IMG/VR virus record: IMGVR_UViG_3300027808_000086
Span: 1-34,265 of that record
Length of the DNA stretch: 34,265 nucleotides
DNA from: a virus
Lineage: Duplodnaviria > Caudoviricetes
Reading direction: 5' to 3' (one strand)
In this document: positions 1-9,846 of the stretch, one piece after another
Position numbering within the stretch: position 1 is the first letter of the stretch
How the letters are laid out: each line of letters opens with the position of its first letter
Notes under the pieces: generated by a model
Database searches by the model: none
What the model was told of the DNA's origin: nothing
What the model saw: only the letters and a program-made list of their open reading frames with translations
Position numbers and translations under genes: made by a program

Positions 1-837
1 AGTTAGCAGAGCAATACGAGCACAATGAAATAATAGCAATTGCAAAAGGAAAATATGAATATCCTAAATCAAACTATCAACTTTTTAAGAAGTTATTAAA
101 AATAAAATTAAATAAATAAGATATGGCAATTGAGAAGGTTATAGATTTACAAATAAAAAGCAACACAGACCAAGCAGTAGGTAGTCTTAAAAGCCAATTG
201 CGGGAAGCGCAAGCTGAGGTTGCTACATTATCGGACAAGTTTGGGGCAACTTCACGAGAAGCGATTGAAGCAGCTAAAAAAGCAGGAGAACTTAAAGACA
301 AAATTGGAGATGCAAAAGCATTGACTGAGGCATTTAATCCAGACGCGAAATTCAAGGCTTTAAGTAGTTCATTGAGCGGTGTAGCGGGTGGATTTGCAGC
401 GGTGCAAGGTGGTATGGCTTTATTCGGTAGTCAATCGGAAGACGTAGAAAAGACTTTATTAAAAGTTCAGTCTGCAATGGCACTTTCTCAGGGTTTACAA
501 TCGATTGGCGAAAGCGTAGATTCATTTAAACAACTTGGAGCGGTTCTTAAAAGTACGTCTATAGTTCAAAAAACATTATCGGTTGCTACAGCTGCTTATA
601 CTTTTGTAACGGGAGCAGCAACTACAGGAATGAAACTTTTTAGATTAGCTTTAATTGGTACGGGCGTAGGTGCTTTAGTAGTTGGAGTTGGTTTATTGAT
701 TGCTAATTTCGACAAAGTAAAAAAGGTAATAATGAACCTTATACCTGGTTTAGCTTCGGTTGGAGAATTTATAGGTGGTATTGTAGATTCAGTTACTGAC
801 TTCGTAGGTGCAACTTCCGATGCTACAAGAGCCGTTG
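1..837. repeat. Left copy of imperfect terminal direct repeat (circular overlap)
   Basis: Matches 33420..34265. Positions 1-127 and 726-837 are identical; the middle has many mostly synonymous substitutions and a 9-bp indel. Confidence 0.95.
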
Positions 838-1835
838 ACAAACTTAAAAAAGAAGCTGAAAATACACTTTCGGTTAATAAAAAGTTTATGCAGGAACACG
901 GAGACCAAGTTGATGAATATACTAAAAAGAAAATAGATGCAAAAAATGCGTATGCTGAAGCGGTAAAAGAGGATGGAGCAAATCAAACTGAATTAGCTAA
1001 AAGGCTAAATAGAGAATTAGCAGAAATAGAATATTCAAGAGGCGACGAAAAACGTAAAATTCAAAAAGAGGCAAACGAAAAAGCAAACGCAGATAAAAAA
1101 GCGGATAATGAAAAAGCAATTGAATTAGAAAAAGAAAACCAAAAGAAATATGCTGAAGAAACAAAAACAGGATTACAAATATTAACCCAAGCAAATTTAG
1201 ATAATCAAGCTCAAATAAAATTAGATAAAAGAAATTTATTAGATGAACAAATAGCATTATTAAACGAGGGCGTTGACGCTGAACAACAAGCTGAAACAAA
1301 AATAACTGAAAATTCAAAAACAAACGCAGATGCAAGGGTAAAACTTTCAGAGGCTGAAGCAGCAGCAAAACAAGCTTTATTTGCAAAAAGTGCTGAAACA
1401 TTATCAAAGGGTGCTGATTTGTTAGGTAAGAATACAGCAGCAGGAAAATCAATGGCAGTTGCAGCAGCATTAATAAACACTTACCAAGGTATTACAACTG
1501 AATTAGCAACTAAAACAGTTACGCCATTTGAGATAGGTTTAAAAATAGCGAACGTTGCTATAATAGCAGCTACAGGATTTAAGGCGGTTAAAGATATTAT
1601 TTCCGTTAAAGTGCCTGGAGGTGGTGGAGGTGGAGCAGTACCAAGCGGTGGAGCTATGGGTGGCGCACCAAGTCCACCAAGTTTTAATATCGTAGGTGCA
1701 AGCGGTACTAACCAAATAGCCCAAGCAATCGGAGGGCAACAACAACAACCCGTACAAGCCTATGTAGTTGCAGGAGCAGTTACAACGGGTCAAGCCTTAA
1801 ATCGTTCTATTATTAGTAACGCATCAATGGGCTAA
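123..1835 (+). CDS. Tail tape measure protein (short, 570 aa)
   Basis: Ala/Gly-rich helical protein with hydrophobic and charged coiled-coil stretches; follows the tail hub genes on the circular map. Confidence 0.7.
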   Translation: MAIEKVIDLQIKSNTDQAVGSLKSQLREAQAEVATLSDKFGATSREAIEAAKKAGELKDKIGDAKALTEAFNPDAKFKALSSSLSGVAGGFAAVQGGMALFGSQSEDVEKTLLKVQSAMALSQGLQSIGESVDSFKQLGAVLKSTSIVQKTLSVATAAYTFVTGAATTGMKLFRLALIGTGVGALVVGVGLLIANFDKVKKVIMNLIPGLASVGEFIGGIVDSVTDFVGATSDATRAVDKLKKEAENTLSVNKKFMQEHGDQVDEYTKKKIDAKNAYAEAVKEDGANQTELAKRLNRELAEIEYSRGDEKRKIQKEANEKANADKKADNEKAIELEKENQKKYAEETKTGLQILTQANLDNQAQIKLDKRNLLDEQIALLNEGVDAEQQAETKITENSKTNADARVKLSEAEAAAKQALFAKSAETLSKGADLLGKNTAAGKSMAVAAALINTYQGITTELATKTVTPFEIGLKIANVAIIAATGFKAVKDIISVKVPGGGGGGAVPSGGAMGGAPSPPSFNIVGASGTNQIAQAIGGQQQQPVQAYVVAGAVTTGQALNRSIISNASMG

Positions 1836-1843
1836 AGTTTATA

Positions 1844-1864
1844 ACAATTAATTTATAAAACGTT
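1844..1864 (+). promoter_or_regulatory. Putative late promoter ACA-N14-CGTT
   Basis: Same spacing at 4573 and 27946; each CGTT lies 8 nt before an ATG. Confidence 0.65.
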
Positions 1865-1872
1865 TTAAAATT

Positions 1873-2940
1873 ATGGAAACTTATACAGTGCTTTTTAACG
1901 AGGAAGATAATCAGGGGGTTTACGCTATATCATTAGTTAACGATCCTGCAATAGGCGTTAATTTCATTACACTATCTAATCAAAAGGAATTAAAACTAGC
2001 TACTGTAAACGAGGAACAACGTATTTTGATGGGTGCTATTTTAATTCCTGAACAGCCTATTTATAGAAATCAGGATGGTAAAGAATTTAACATAGTTTTT
2101 CCAAAAGAAACTATTAAACAAGTTCAACAAAATTTTGCTTTAAAAGGCTATCAAAATAATTCAACATTAGAACATTCAGGAGAACAAATCGAAAATGTAA
2201 CGTTTGTTGAAAGTTGGATAAAAGAGGATGAGGTACACGACAAATCAGTGCATTATGGTTTCAATGAACCCGTAGGCACTTGGTTCGGATTAATGAAAAT
2301 AAATAACGATGTTATTTGGAACGAATATGTTAAAACAGGAAAAGTAAAAGGCTTCAGTATTGACGGAGTCTTTGATATGCAGAAAATTAACTTAAACAAT
2401 GAACAAATGGATTTAAAAACAATCGTAGAGGCGATTAAAGACGGGTTTGCTTCGGTAAAATTATCGAATGAAACCGAACAAGTAGCAGTTGTAGAATTGG
2501 CTACAATGAAGTTAAAAGACGGAGTAACCGTATTAGAAGCAGAAAGCTTTGAAGTAGGTCAATCAGTATTTATCGTTGCTGAAAATGGCGACAAAGTACC
2601 AGCACCAATTGGAGAACACGAATTGGAAGACGGTAGAATTTTGGTAATTACTGAAGAGGGTAAAATTGGAGAAATTGCAGACGCTAAAACTGAAGCAGTT
2701 GAGGAAGAGGTAGCAATGACAAATACCGACCAATTTACTGAAATGATTAAACAAATTATTACTTCTATGTCGGTTGAAGTTGCTAGACAAATTGAAACAG
2801 TAAAAACCGAATTAAAAGCTGAAATTGCAGAAACAAAAAATGTTGAGGTAAAAGCTTCGACAAAATCAAAACCACAAACAAAAAGCGAGCCTACAACGGC
2901 TTATGAAAAATTTAGAGAATTTAACAAACAATTTAATTAA
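1873..2940 (+). CDS. Prohead protease (XkdF-like) fused to scaffolding-like domain
   Basis: AISLV..PAI, STLEH, VESW, GTWF and VKTGKVKGFSIDG motifs typical of XkdF-like phage serine proteases; acidic coiled-coil C-terminal half; directly upstream of the capsid gene. Confidence 0.8.
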   Translation: METYTVLFNEEDNQGVYAISLVNDPAIGVNFITLSNQKELKLATVNEEQRILMGAILIPEQPIYRNQDGKEFNIVFPKETIKQVQQNFALKGYQNNSTLEHSGEQIENVTFVESWIKEDEVHDKSVHYGFNEPVGTWFGLMKINNDVIWNEYVKTGKVKGFSIDGVFDMQKINLNNEQMDLKTIVEAIKDGFASVKLSNETEQVAVVELATMKLKDGVTVLEAESFEVGQSVFIVAENGDKVPAPIGEHELEDGRILVITEEGKIGEIADAKTEAVEEEVAMTNTDQFTEMIKQIITSMSVEVARQIETVKTELKAEIAETKNVEVKASTKSKPQTKSEPTTAYEKFREFNKQFN

Positions 2941-2946
2941 AAAATT

Positions 2947-3948
2947 ATGGCAGTTACTTACACAGGTGCAGTTGTACCAACAGATTACAAAGCGGATATT
3001 ATAGCCGAAATTTTATTCAAAAACAAAACCGTTGAAGATGGTTTAGTGGCTTTTGAAACAGGTATTAAAGCGGGTCGTATTATTACTGAAAATATTAATT
3101 CAGTAACTATGCAAGCGTGGAGTGTTAATCCAACAGGTTCAGAAGCTGGAGCAATTGGTTTAGAAGACACAACAGTTACACCCGTAAAAGTTGAATTTAT
3201 TGATAAATTTACACCAGATGATTTAAGAAGTTCACGTTTCAATCGTGATATGGCACCAGGTGCAATCAACGATGTATCAGATGAATTTAACAGACTTGTT
3301 TTAAATGGTGTTGCACCTTTGATTTCTAACGATGCTGAGAATAAGTTTTGGAATGGAGCAACAGCAGCAACTAAAACAGCAGTAGCAGCATTAACAGCAG
3401 GAACAGGACAAACAGCAGTTGGAGCAGCAGAAAAAACTTTAGTAGCTGCAATGCCTACTACTTTGTTTGATTCTTTGACTACTAGAATGATTTATAATAA
3501 AGCAGCAGTAGGTAAAAGAATTAAAGTTGCAGGAACTACTTTAACAGCTAGTAACATTGCAACTGAAATGGCTTTGGTTTACAATGCAATTCCTGATGAA
3601 GTTTTAGCTAATGGAGATAAACCTTACATTTATGCACCTAGAAATGTTAAAAAATTCATTAACAATTTTAACAAAGCACAAACTTATAGAGACACATTTA
3701 CAGTTGATTTAACTACAGGTAAATACTTCTATTTGGATGTAGAGATTGTGTTCATTCCTTTGGCTTCAAATGTATTGATTGCAGGAGTACCTACTAACTT
3801 TATGTGGTGTACTGATTTGATGGATGACTATTCAAATATCAATATTGCGCCTTACCCAGCACCTAGAAAAGATTACTTCTACGATGTAGTATTTACAATC
3901 TTTGCTCACGTAGTAAATCAAAAATTCAACGTGTTATACGTAGGATAA
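2947..3948 (+). CDS. Major capsid protein
   Basis: 333 aa, downstream of protease/scaffold and followed by a strong terminator; size and composition fit an HK97-fold capsid. Confidence 0.75.
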   Translation: MAVTYTGAVVPTDYKADIIAEILFKNKTVEDGLVAFETGIKAGRIITENINSVTMQAWSVNPTGSEAGAIGLEDTTVTPVKVEFIDKFTPDDLRSSRFNRDMAPGAINDVSDEFNRLVLNGVAPLISNDAENKFWNGATAATKTAVAALTAGTGQTAVGAAEKTLVAAMPTTLFDSLTTRMIYNKAAVGKRIKVAGTTLTASNIATEMALVYNAIPDEVLANGDKPYIYAPRNVKKFINNFNKAQTYRDTFTVDLTTGKYFYLDVEIVFIPLASNVLIAGVPTNFMWCTDLMDDYSNINIAPYPAPRKDYFYDVVFTIFAHVVNQKFNVLYVG

Positions 3949-3956
3949 TATTAATC

Positions 3957-3985
3957 AAAACCGCTTATTAATTTAAGCGGTTTTT
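3957..3985 (+). terminator. Intrinsic terminator after the capsid gene
   Basis: AAAACCGCTTA-ttaatt-TAAGCGGTTTTT hairpin with T tract. Confidence 0.85.
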
Positions 3986-3998
3986 AATAAAAAAAAAT

Positions 3999-4523
3999 AT
4001 GAGTTGTTTAATTAGCAAGGGTAAATTGTTGGCTTGTAAAGACCAACGAGGTGGGATTAAGAATATATATTTTGCAAACTATCAAGACTATTCATTTGTA
4101 ATTGCAGCACACGCTGTTACAAGTTTAGGTTCTTTAGATGAAGTTTTCAAATATGAAGTTAAAGCGACTACAAACGCTTTGACTGAAACAGGTACAAGTT
4201 CTGAAGATAATGGAACATTTTTAAATGCGCAATCTTTAGCAGTAACTTTACCAAAATTAGGTACTGACTTACAAGCTCAAGTACAATTGATTTGTCTAGG
4301 AAGACCTTATGTTTTCATTGAAGACTATAACGGAAACGTTTTATTGGTTGGAGCAACGAATGGAACAATGGCGAATTGTACTAAGGCTTCAGGCGGTGCG
4401 GGTGGTGATTTAAGCGGGTATACTTTGACTATAACAGCTGAAGAGGGTAATTTGTCACCGTTCTTAGATGCTACTGCAAAAACAGCGTTACAAGCGTTGG
4501 TTTCAGATGTCGTAGTTTCTTAA
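3999..4523 (+). CDS. Major tail (tube) protein
   Basis: MSC...CKD..GGIKNIYF N-terminus and G...GDLSGYTLT.TAEE C-terminus, resembling Bacteroidota siphophage tail tube proteins; followed by a terminator. Confidence 0.65.
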   Translation: MSCLISKGKLLACKDQRGGIKNIYFANYQDYSFVIAAHAVTSLGSLDEVFKYEVKATTNALTETGTSSEDNGTFLNAQSLAVTLPKLGTDLQAQVQLICLGRPYVFIEDYNGNVLLVGATNGTMANCTKASGGAGGDLSGYTLTITAEEGNLSPFLDATAKTALQALVSDVVVS

Positions 4524-4542
4524 ATTACAATACATTAAAATT

Positions 4543-4569
4543 AAAAGCTCCTTATTGGGGCTTTTTTTT
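4543..4569 (+). terminator. Intrinsic terminator
   Basis: AAAAGCTCC-ttatt-GGGGCTTTTTTTT hairpin with T tract. Confidence 0.85.
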
Positions 4570-4572
4570 GTT

Positions 4573-4593
4573 ACATTTTTTAATTAATTCGTT
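4573..4593 (+). promoter_or_regulatory. Putative late promoter ACA-N14-CGTT
   Basis: ACA 4573-4575, CGTT 4590-4593, ATG 4602; sits right after a terminator, where re-initiation is needed. Confidence 0.65.
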
Positions 4594-4601
4594 AATCTTT
4601 T

Positions 4602-4910
4602 ATGAACATATTTAATTTAACAAAACCGTACAAGCTAAATTGCATACCTAGAGCATATAATGATGGTGTTATTACGTTGCTTTTAAGAGACGAATTAAAG
4701 GATTTAACGTACACTATTGCGGTAGATAGCATATACTACCAAAACAGCGTTTTAATGCTTGAATTTAGCGATATAACACTAAAAGAGGGGCAGTCATTTG
4801 AGGTAATAATCAAAGAAAACGACCAATTAATATATCGAGGTAAAGCATACGCAACAGCACAAACAGATTTTGAGAATTTTGAACTAAATAAAGGGGTTTT
4901 AAAAGCCTAA
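4602..4910 (+). CDS. Hypothetical virion protein (possible head closure)
   Basis: 102-aa beta-rich ORF between tail tube and portal genes. Confidence 0.5.
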   Translation: MNIFNLTKPYKLNCIPRAYNDGVITLLLRDELKDLTYTIAVDSIYYQNSVLMLEFSDITLKEGQSFEVIIKENDQLIYRGKAYATAQTDFENFELNKGVLKA

Positions 4911-4915
4911 AATAT

Positions 4916-6652
4916 ATGGAAAAACTACAATTATTAACACTTTCAAACTATATAAGACCAGAAATTAAGGAAGTTTCTGGCAAAAAGTGGGTATTAAACG
5001 GTAAAAACAACGAATTTTATAAGACTATTATAGATGCTTATAATGGTTCGCCTACAAATTCCGCTATTATAGATAGTTATAGTCAGTTTATTTACGGCAA
5101 AGGATTGACTTCAACTGACAAATTAGCTAAGACTTCCGAATGGGCAACTATTGTTTCTTTATTTTCTAAAAAAGACTTAAGAAAAATTTGTAAGGATTTT
5201 GAAATGTTTGGGGAAGCTTCAATAGAAATCAATTATTTAAACAATAAAATACAAAAGTGTTTCCACGTTGCAAAACAAAAGATTGCGCCTGAAGTTGCTA
5301 ATGAAGATGGCGACATATCAGGGTATTATTTTAGCTATGACTTTACAAATACAAATAAATATAAAGCTGAAAGATTTGACGCTTTTGGATTTGGTTCAGG
5401 CGGTGGCGAACGTTCTGAAATTTACGTAATTAAAGACTATCAGGTAGGACAATTTTACTACAGTAACCCAAGTTATGTTTCAGGGATTTCGTGGGCTAAA
5501 ATGGAAGAAGAAATAAGTAATTATTCTATAAACCATATCCAAAATGGTTTAAGCTTCGGTCATATCATAAATATGAATAGCGGGGTTCAACAAAGCGAAG
5601 AAACTATTATTGAAAATACAAGAGCAATTAGAGACAAACTTACAGGCTCAAGTAATGCGGGAAAATTCTTTTTAAATTGGAATGATAATAAAGATAGCGC
5701 AATTACAATTGAAGCTTTAGAAGTTTCAGAAGCACACCAACAATATATTTATTTAAGTACTGAAGCACGTCAGCAACTTTGCACGTCTCACAAACTTACT
5801 TCGCCTATGTTGGTTGGAATAAAAGAAGCAAGCGGTTTTAGTTCTAATGCTGAAGAGATAAAAGTTGGTTTTGCTGAATTAATGATAAATGTAATTAAAC
5901 CAAAACAAGAAATTATTTTAGATGGATTAATGGAAATTTGTGCGGTAAACGGAATTACGTTACAATTGGATTTTGAAAGTTTAAGAAGTGAAGAACCGAT
6001 TTTACCAACTTCAGAAACGCCAACGGTTGCACCTATCACACAATTAGAAAATCAAAAAGTATGTTGTTCAAACGATAATACAGACCTTACAAGCATAGCT
6101 GATGCACTTATTGAAATGGGGGAAGTTATAGATGAAAATGAATGGGAAGAAGTCGATGCAATACCCGTAACAGAACAATTAGAAATAAACGAAATCACTT
6201 TAAATTTGGCTAAAACATTTTCAAGTTTTCCAAACGTAAAAAGCGACCAAGATACTTCATTATTTAAAATTAGATATTCTTACGAGGGTGCGCTTGGAGC
6301 AAAAAGAGACTTTTGCCAAAAGATGGTAAGTGCGAGTAGAACTTATAGAAAAGAAGATATTACGTTGGCAGAAACTAAAACAGTTAACAAAGGTTTTGGA
6401 CCAGAAGGAGCAGACAACTATTCTATTTGGTTATATAAAGGTGGAGTTAATTGTAACCATTTTTGGATGCGTAAAATATACTTAAGAAAAAACAATACAC
6501 AACTTACGGTTAATGAAGCTAGAAAAATGATTTTAGAACTTGACCCGAAAGACAGACCAGAGGCAAAGTGGCAACAAAATGAAAATGAAGTAGCGCAAAT
6601 TGCAAGTGCAAGTAATAACTTTTGGAGCTTAAAACCTAACTACAGAAAATAA
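4916..6652 (+). CDS. Portal protein with C-terminal extension
   Basis: Y..SPTNSAII, TGSSNAGKF and H.LTSPMLVGI motifs typical of portals; Pro/Thr linker, then about 200 extra aa with FC...GGVNCNHFW. Confidence 0.8.
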   Translation: MEKLQLLTLSNYIRPEIKEVSGKKWVLNGKNNEFYKTIIDAYNGSPTNSAIIDSYSQFIYGKGLTSTDKLAKTSEWATIVSLFSKKDLRKICKDFEMFGEASIEINYLNNKIQKCFHVAKQKIAPEVANEDGDISGYYFSYDFTNTNKYKAERFDAFGFGSGGGERSEIYVIKDYQVGQFYYSNPSYVSGISWAKMEEEISNYSINHIQNGLSFGHIINMNSGVQQSEETIIENTRAIRDKLTGSSNAGKFFLNWNDNKDSAITIEALEVSEAHQQYIYLSTEARQQLCTSHKLTSPMLVGIKEASGFSSNAEEIKVGFAELMINVIKPKQEIILDGLMEICAVNGITLQLDFESLRSEEPILPTSETPTVAPITQLENQKVCCSNDNTDLTSIADALIEMGEVIDENEWEEVDAIPVTEQLEINEITLNLAKTFSSFPNVKSDQDTSLFKIRYSYEGALGAKRDFCQKMVSASRTYRKEDITLAETKTVNKGFGPEGADNYSIWLYKGGVNCNHFWMRKIYLRKNNTQLTVNEARKMILELDPKDRPEAKWQQNENEVAQIASASNNFWSLKPNYRK

Positions 6653-7164
6653 TGGAAACGACTATTTTATTACGAGAAAACGAATTAACTAAAAACACTT
6701 TGTTGGGCGGGAATATTGATATTGACCTTTATATTCCTTGCATAAAAGATGCTCAAATTATAAGACTTGAGGAAATTTTAGGGGAAACATTATACGATAA
6801 AATTTGTTTAGACTTTGAAAACGACGATTTAAGCGGTTTATATTTAACTTTGCACGAAAAGTATATCGTACCATTTTTAATTGCAGCAGCAGCCGTAGAA
6901 TACCTTTTAATAGGTGCTTACAAAGTAAATAACAATGGTATCTTTAAAGCACAGCCTGAAAATAGCGTTGCAATCGAAAAAACCGAAGTAGATTATTTAG
7001 TTAACAATATGCGGTTAAAAAGCGAAATGTATAGCGATAGAATGACAAGGTGGTTAATTTTAAACAATCTACCTGAATGGCAACCGAACGCTACAAACGT
7101 TGTAAATCCTTTGAGTAGCAATTTGATGTTTGGGCGTTGGTTTATTGGCGAAGATAAAATTTAA
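6652..7164 (+). CDS. Putative head-tail adaptor
   Basis: Helical 170-aa protein translationally coupled to portal (TAATG); GNID...I..AQ...LG..LY pattern. Confidence 0.55.
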   Translation: METTILLRENELTKNTLLGGNIDIDLYIPCIKDAQIIRLEEILGETLYDKICLDFENDDLSGLYLTLHEKYIVPFLIAAAAVEYLLIGAYKVNNNGIFKAQPENSVAIEKTEVDYLVNNMRLKSEMYSDRMTRWLILNNLPEWQPNATNVVNPLSSNLMFGRWFIGEDKI

Positions 7165-7169
7165 AGATA

Positions 7170-7304
7170 ATGAGAAAAACAGATAAAAGAACAATCGAAA
7201 ATATTAAAAAACTAAAACAATTTATAAAAGATGGGAACATTAAACTTAACAGCCAAACGGAGCGACACATTTTACGCAGTGCCGTTTCAAATAGCAATCA
7301 ATAG
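7170..7304 (+). CDS. Small basic hypothetical protein (44 aa, not in ORF track)
   Basis: MRKTDKRTIENIKKLKQFIK...; fills the gap after the adaptor gene and overlaps the next gene. Confidence 0.45.
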   Translation: MRKTDKRTIENIKKLKQFIKDGNIKLNSQTERHILRSAVSNSNQ

Positions 7305-7554
7305 CGTACTATTAGATTTAACTGATGCGGTTATTAATATGCAAGTTCGCAAAGATGCTGGAACACCTATTATTTTTGAACCCACAATCACTATTACAAA
7401 CGCTTTAACGGGTAGTTTTGAAATTGATGAACAGATTTTCAATGTACCAGCGTGTGTTTATAAATACGATATTCAAATTACTTTAGATAACGGGGAAGTT
7501 CACACGTGGATTAATGGAATTTTTGAAATTACTAACGATATAACAAGACCGTAA
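7231..7554 (+). CDS. Baseplate/fibre-attachment Ig-like protein (BppU N-terminal-like)
   Basis: R.DTF...DLT.A.I.MQVR...G.F...Y.YDIQIT...TW..G.F.I..DIT pattern. Confidence 0.6.
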   Translation: MGTLNLTAKRSDTFYAVPFQIAINSVLLDLTDAVINMQVRKDAGTPIIFEPTITITNALTGSFEIDEQIFNVPACVYKYDIQITLDNGEVHTWINGIFEITNDITRP

Positions 7555-8912
7555 TGAGTGAAATTATAGATATAAATGTAAGTCAAACAGTTGAAGAGGT
7601 TACTATAATTGCAACTCCTACAAACTATATTGTTAATATTAATAAAATTGAAGCAGGAAGTGCGGTCACTTCTGTAAATGGATTGACGGGTGCGGTTGTT
7701 TTAACTATTCCAGATGCTACTGATTTTGTGCCTTATTCTGGTGCCACAAGCGACGTTAATTTAGGGGAGTTTGGTTTACAAACTGGAAACATTGAATTTG
7801 ATTTAACACCTACAAACGCACCTACAGGAGTTGGTTCAATGGTTTGGAATGATACAGCGGGAACTTTAGATTTAAAGTTAAAAGGAGGCAACACTACTTT
7901 ACAAATAGGTCAGGAAACAGTTGCAAGAGTAGTAAATAAAACATTTACAAATATAACTCTATTAGAATCCAATTATCAAGCTGTAAGAGTTACAGGAGCA
8001 CAAGGCGGAAGGCCGAAAGTAGATTTAGCTTTAGCGAATAATGATTTGAATAGTACTACAACTTTAGGTTTAGTTACAGAAACAATTTTAAATAATCAAG
8101 AGGGATTTATAACTACAAGCGGTCAAGTTCAAGAAATAAATACAACGGGTTCACTTCAAGGAGAAACGTGGGCTGATGGCGATGTGCTTTATTTGAGTGG
8201 AACGGTTGCTGGTAGAATTACTAATATAAAACCTATTGCACCTATTCACACGGTAATAATTGGGTTTGTAGAATACGCACATATTAATCAGGGAAAAATA
8301 TTTGTAAAGGTAGACAACGGTTATGAATTATACGAATTACACAATGTTAGTGCAATTGCACCAAACAATAACGAGGTTTTAACTTATGACACACCTACTT
8401 TATTATGGAAGCCTAAAACCGTTGTTTCTGCTTTAGGATATACACCTATAAAATCAGTTATTAAAGATACATTTCAAGGCTCAACAGTTACTGGAGTTAC
8501 TACTGAAACTTTAACGGGTACTTATTTAATTGAAGCGGGTACTTTTAATGCAAACGATATAATGAGAATACCTTCTTTTTTTGCTGAAAAAACTGGTACT
8601 GCTGGTACTTGTACAATACGAGTAAAGGTTGGAACTACTAATGTCTTTTCAAGCGCAACTTTATTAGCAAGTCACGCTTCGACAACAGCGAATTTGAATA
8701 TTGTACTGCAAAGGTCATCTATTACTTTAAGAGGTGGGAATATCAGAACTATTAATCCAGCTGGAAATATTTTAACAGACATTGTATTGTCATCAACTGC
8801 ATTATCATCTATAACTTTTAATCCTGCAATTGATAATTATATTTTTACAAGTTTGCAATTGTCGAATGCTAATGATAGTGCTTTTCAATCTAATTTTATA
8901 ATGACAAACTAA
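7554..8912 (+). CDS. Tail fibre / receptor-binding protein
   Basis: VTSVNG.TGAV motif, Thr/Gly-rich beta segments, ELHNV...L.Y...W.P fibre repeat, distinct C-terminal domain. Confidence 0.7.
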   Translation: MSEIIDINVSQTVEEVTIIATPTNYIVNINKIEAGSAVTSVNGLTGAVVLTIPDATDFVPYSGATSDVNLGEFGLQTGNIEFDLTPTNAPTGVGSMVWNDTAGTLDLKLKGGNTTLQIGQETVARVVNKTFTNITLLESNYQAVRVTGAQGGRPKVDLALANNDLNSTTTLGLVTETILNNQEGFITTSGQVQEINTTGSLQGETWADGDVLYLSGTVAGRITNIKPIAPIHTVIIGFVEYAHINQGKIFVKVDNGYELYELHNVSAIAPNNNEVLTYDTPTLLWKPKTVVSALGYTPIKSVIKDTFQGSTVTGVTTETLTGTYLIEAGTFNANDIMRIPSFFAEKTGTAGTCTIRVKVGTTNVFSSATLLASHASTTANLNIVLQRSSITLRGGNIRTINPAGNILTDIVLSSTALSSITFNPAIDNYIFTSLQLSNANDSAFQSNFIMTN

Positions 8913-9058
8913 TGATAACAATAATAAATAAAGAAACGGGCGAAGTTTTATATTGCACATTTTTAAAAGCTTTTTTGGCTGAAAATGAAATAGTAATTGA
9001 TGAACTACCAACAGGTAATTTTTATGATTTTGAAACAAAAACATTTTATGATAAATAG
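8912..9058 (+). CDS. Small fibre-associated protein (48 aa, not in ORF track)
   Basis: MITIINKETGEVLYC...FYDFETKTFYDK; coupled to the fibre stop by TAATG. Confidence 0.6.
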   Translation: MITIINKETGEVLYCTFLKAFLAENEIVIDELPTGNFYDFETKTFYDK

Positions 9059-9236
9059 AAACCATATTGTACCTTTTATTTTGGTAGTACTTGGAATACT
9101 TGACCAATCGACAGACTTATTTACAGACCTTTTAACGCAATTAAATGCACCTTTGTATGTTGGTACTATATTTAAGATTTTAATCATTATTTTAGGTGCT
9201 GTTAAGATTTATTTAATTAAACCTATTGAAAAATGA
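9048..9236 (+). CDS. Membrane protein, holin/antiholin candidate
   Basis: Two hydrophobic segments; likely start is ATG 9048 rather than 8997, which would overlap the preceding ORF. Confidence 0.55.
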   Translation: MINRNHIVPFILVVLGILDQSTDLFTDLLTQLNAPLYVGTIFKILIIILGAVKIYLIKPIEK

Positions 9237-9397
9237 AACAGACTATAATCGATTTAAAATTAAGTTTACTAACAACTACTTATTTCGCATTAACTTTGGC
9301 TGATACAGATTTTATAATGAAATTAGTAGTATTTTTGCTTACAGTTGGATATACTATTCGACGTTGGTATTTATTAGAAAAAAATAAAAAGGATTAA
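9233..9397 (+). CDS. Holin candidate (54 aa, not in ORF track)
   Basis: MKQTIIDLKLSLLTTTYFALTLADTDFIMKLVVFLLTVGYTIRRWYLLEKNKKD: two hydrophobic stretches and a basic C-terminus, immediately before the endolysin. Confidence 0.6.
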   Translation: MKQTIIDLKLSLLTTTYFALTLADTDFIMKLVVFLLTVGYTIRRWYLLEKNKKD

Positions 9398-9399
9398 TT

Positions 9400-9846
9400 A
9401 TGAAATTAAATGAAAAAGGTTATTTAATGATTTGTGAGTTTGAGGGTTTAAGTTTAAAGCCTTATTTATGTCCTGCAAAAATTCCAACAATTGGCTATGG
9501 AAATTGCTATTATAGTAATGGTAAAAAAGTAACGTTATTAGACAAGCCAATTACAAAAAAAGAAGCTTTTGAGCTATTTAAAACAATTGCTGATAAATTT
9601 GGTTTGGCTGTTTTTAAATGTTTGAAACAAGAAGTAAACCAAAATCAATTCAATGCTTTGGTATCTTTTGCTTATAATGTTGGAGTGGCTAATTTTATGA
9701 ATAGTACACTTTTGAAAAAAGTAAATGTAGAACCAAATGATGAGACTATATTTGATGAGTTTTGCAGATGGAATAAGGTAGGTAAAAAAGAGGTGGCAGG
9801 TTTAACAAAAAGGAGAAATTATGAAGCAGTTAGTTATTTTAGTTAG
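9400..9846 (+). CDS. Endolysin, phage lysozyme (GH24)
   Basis: FEGL..KPYLCPA.IPTIGYG, QNQFNALVSFAYNVG, STLLKK and GLTKRR..E motifs. Confidence 0.92.
   Translation: MKLNEKGYLMICEFEGLSLKPYLCPAKIPTIGYGNCYYSNGKKVTLLDKPITKKEAFELFKTIADKFGLAVFKCLKQEVNQNQFNALVSFAYNVGVANFMNSTLLKKVNVEPNDETIFDEFCRWNKVGKKEVAGLTKRRNYEAVSYFS

Noticed and set aside
7554-8912. Diversity-generating retroelement or invertible tail fibre
   Set aside because: No reverse transcriptase, template repeat or invertase found; terminal repeat differences are not adenine-specific.
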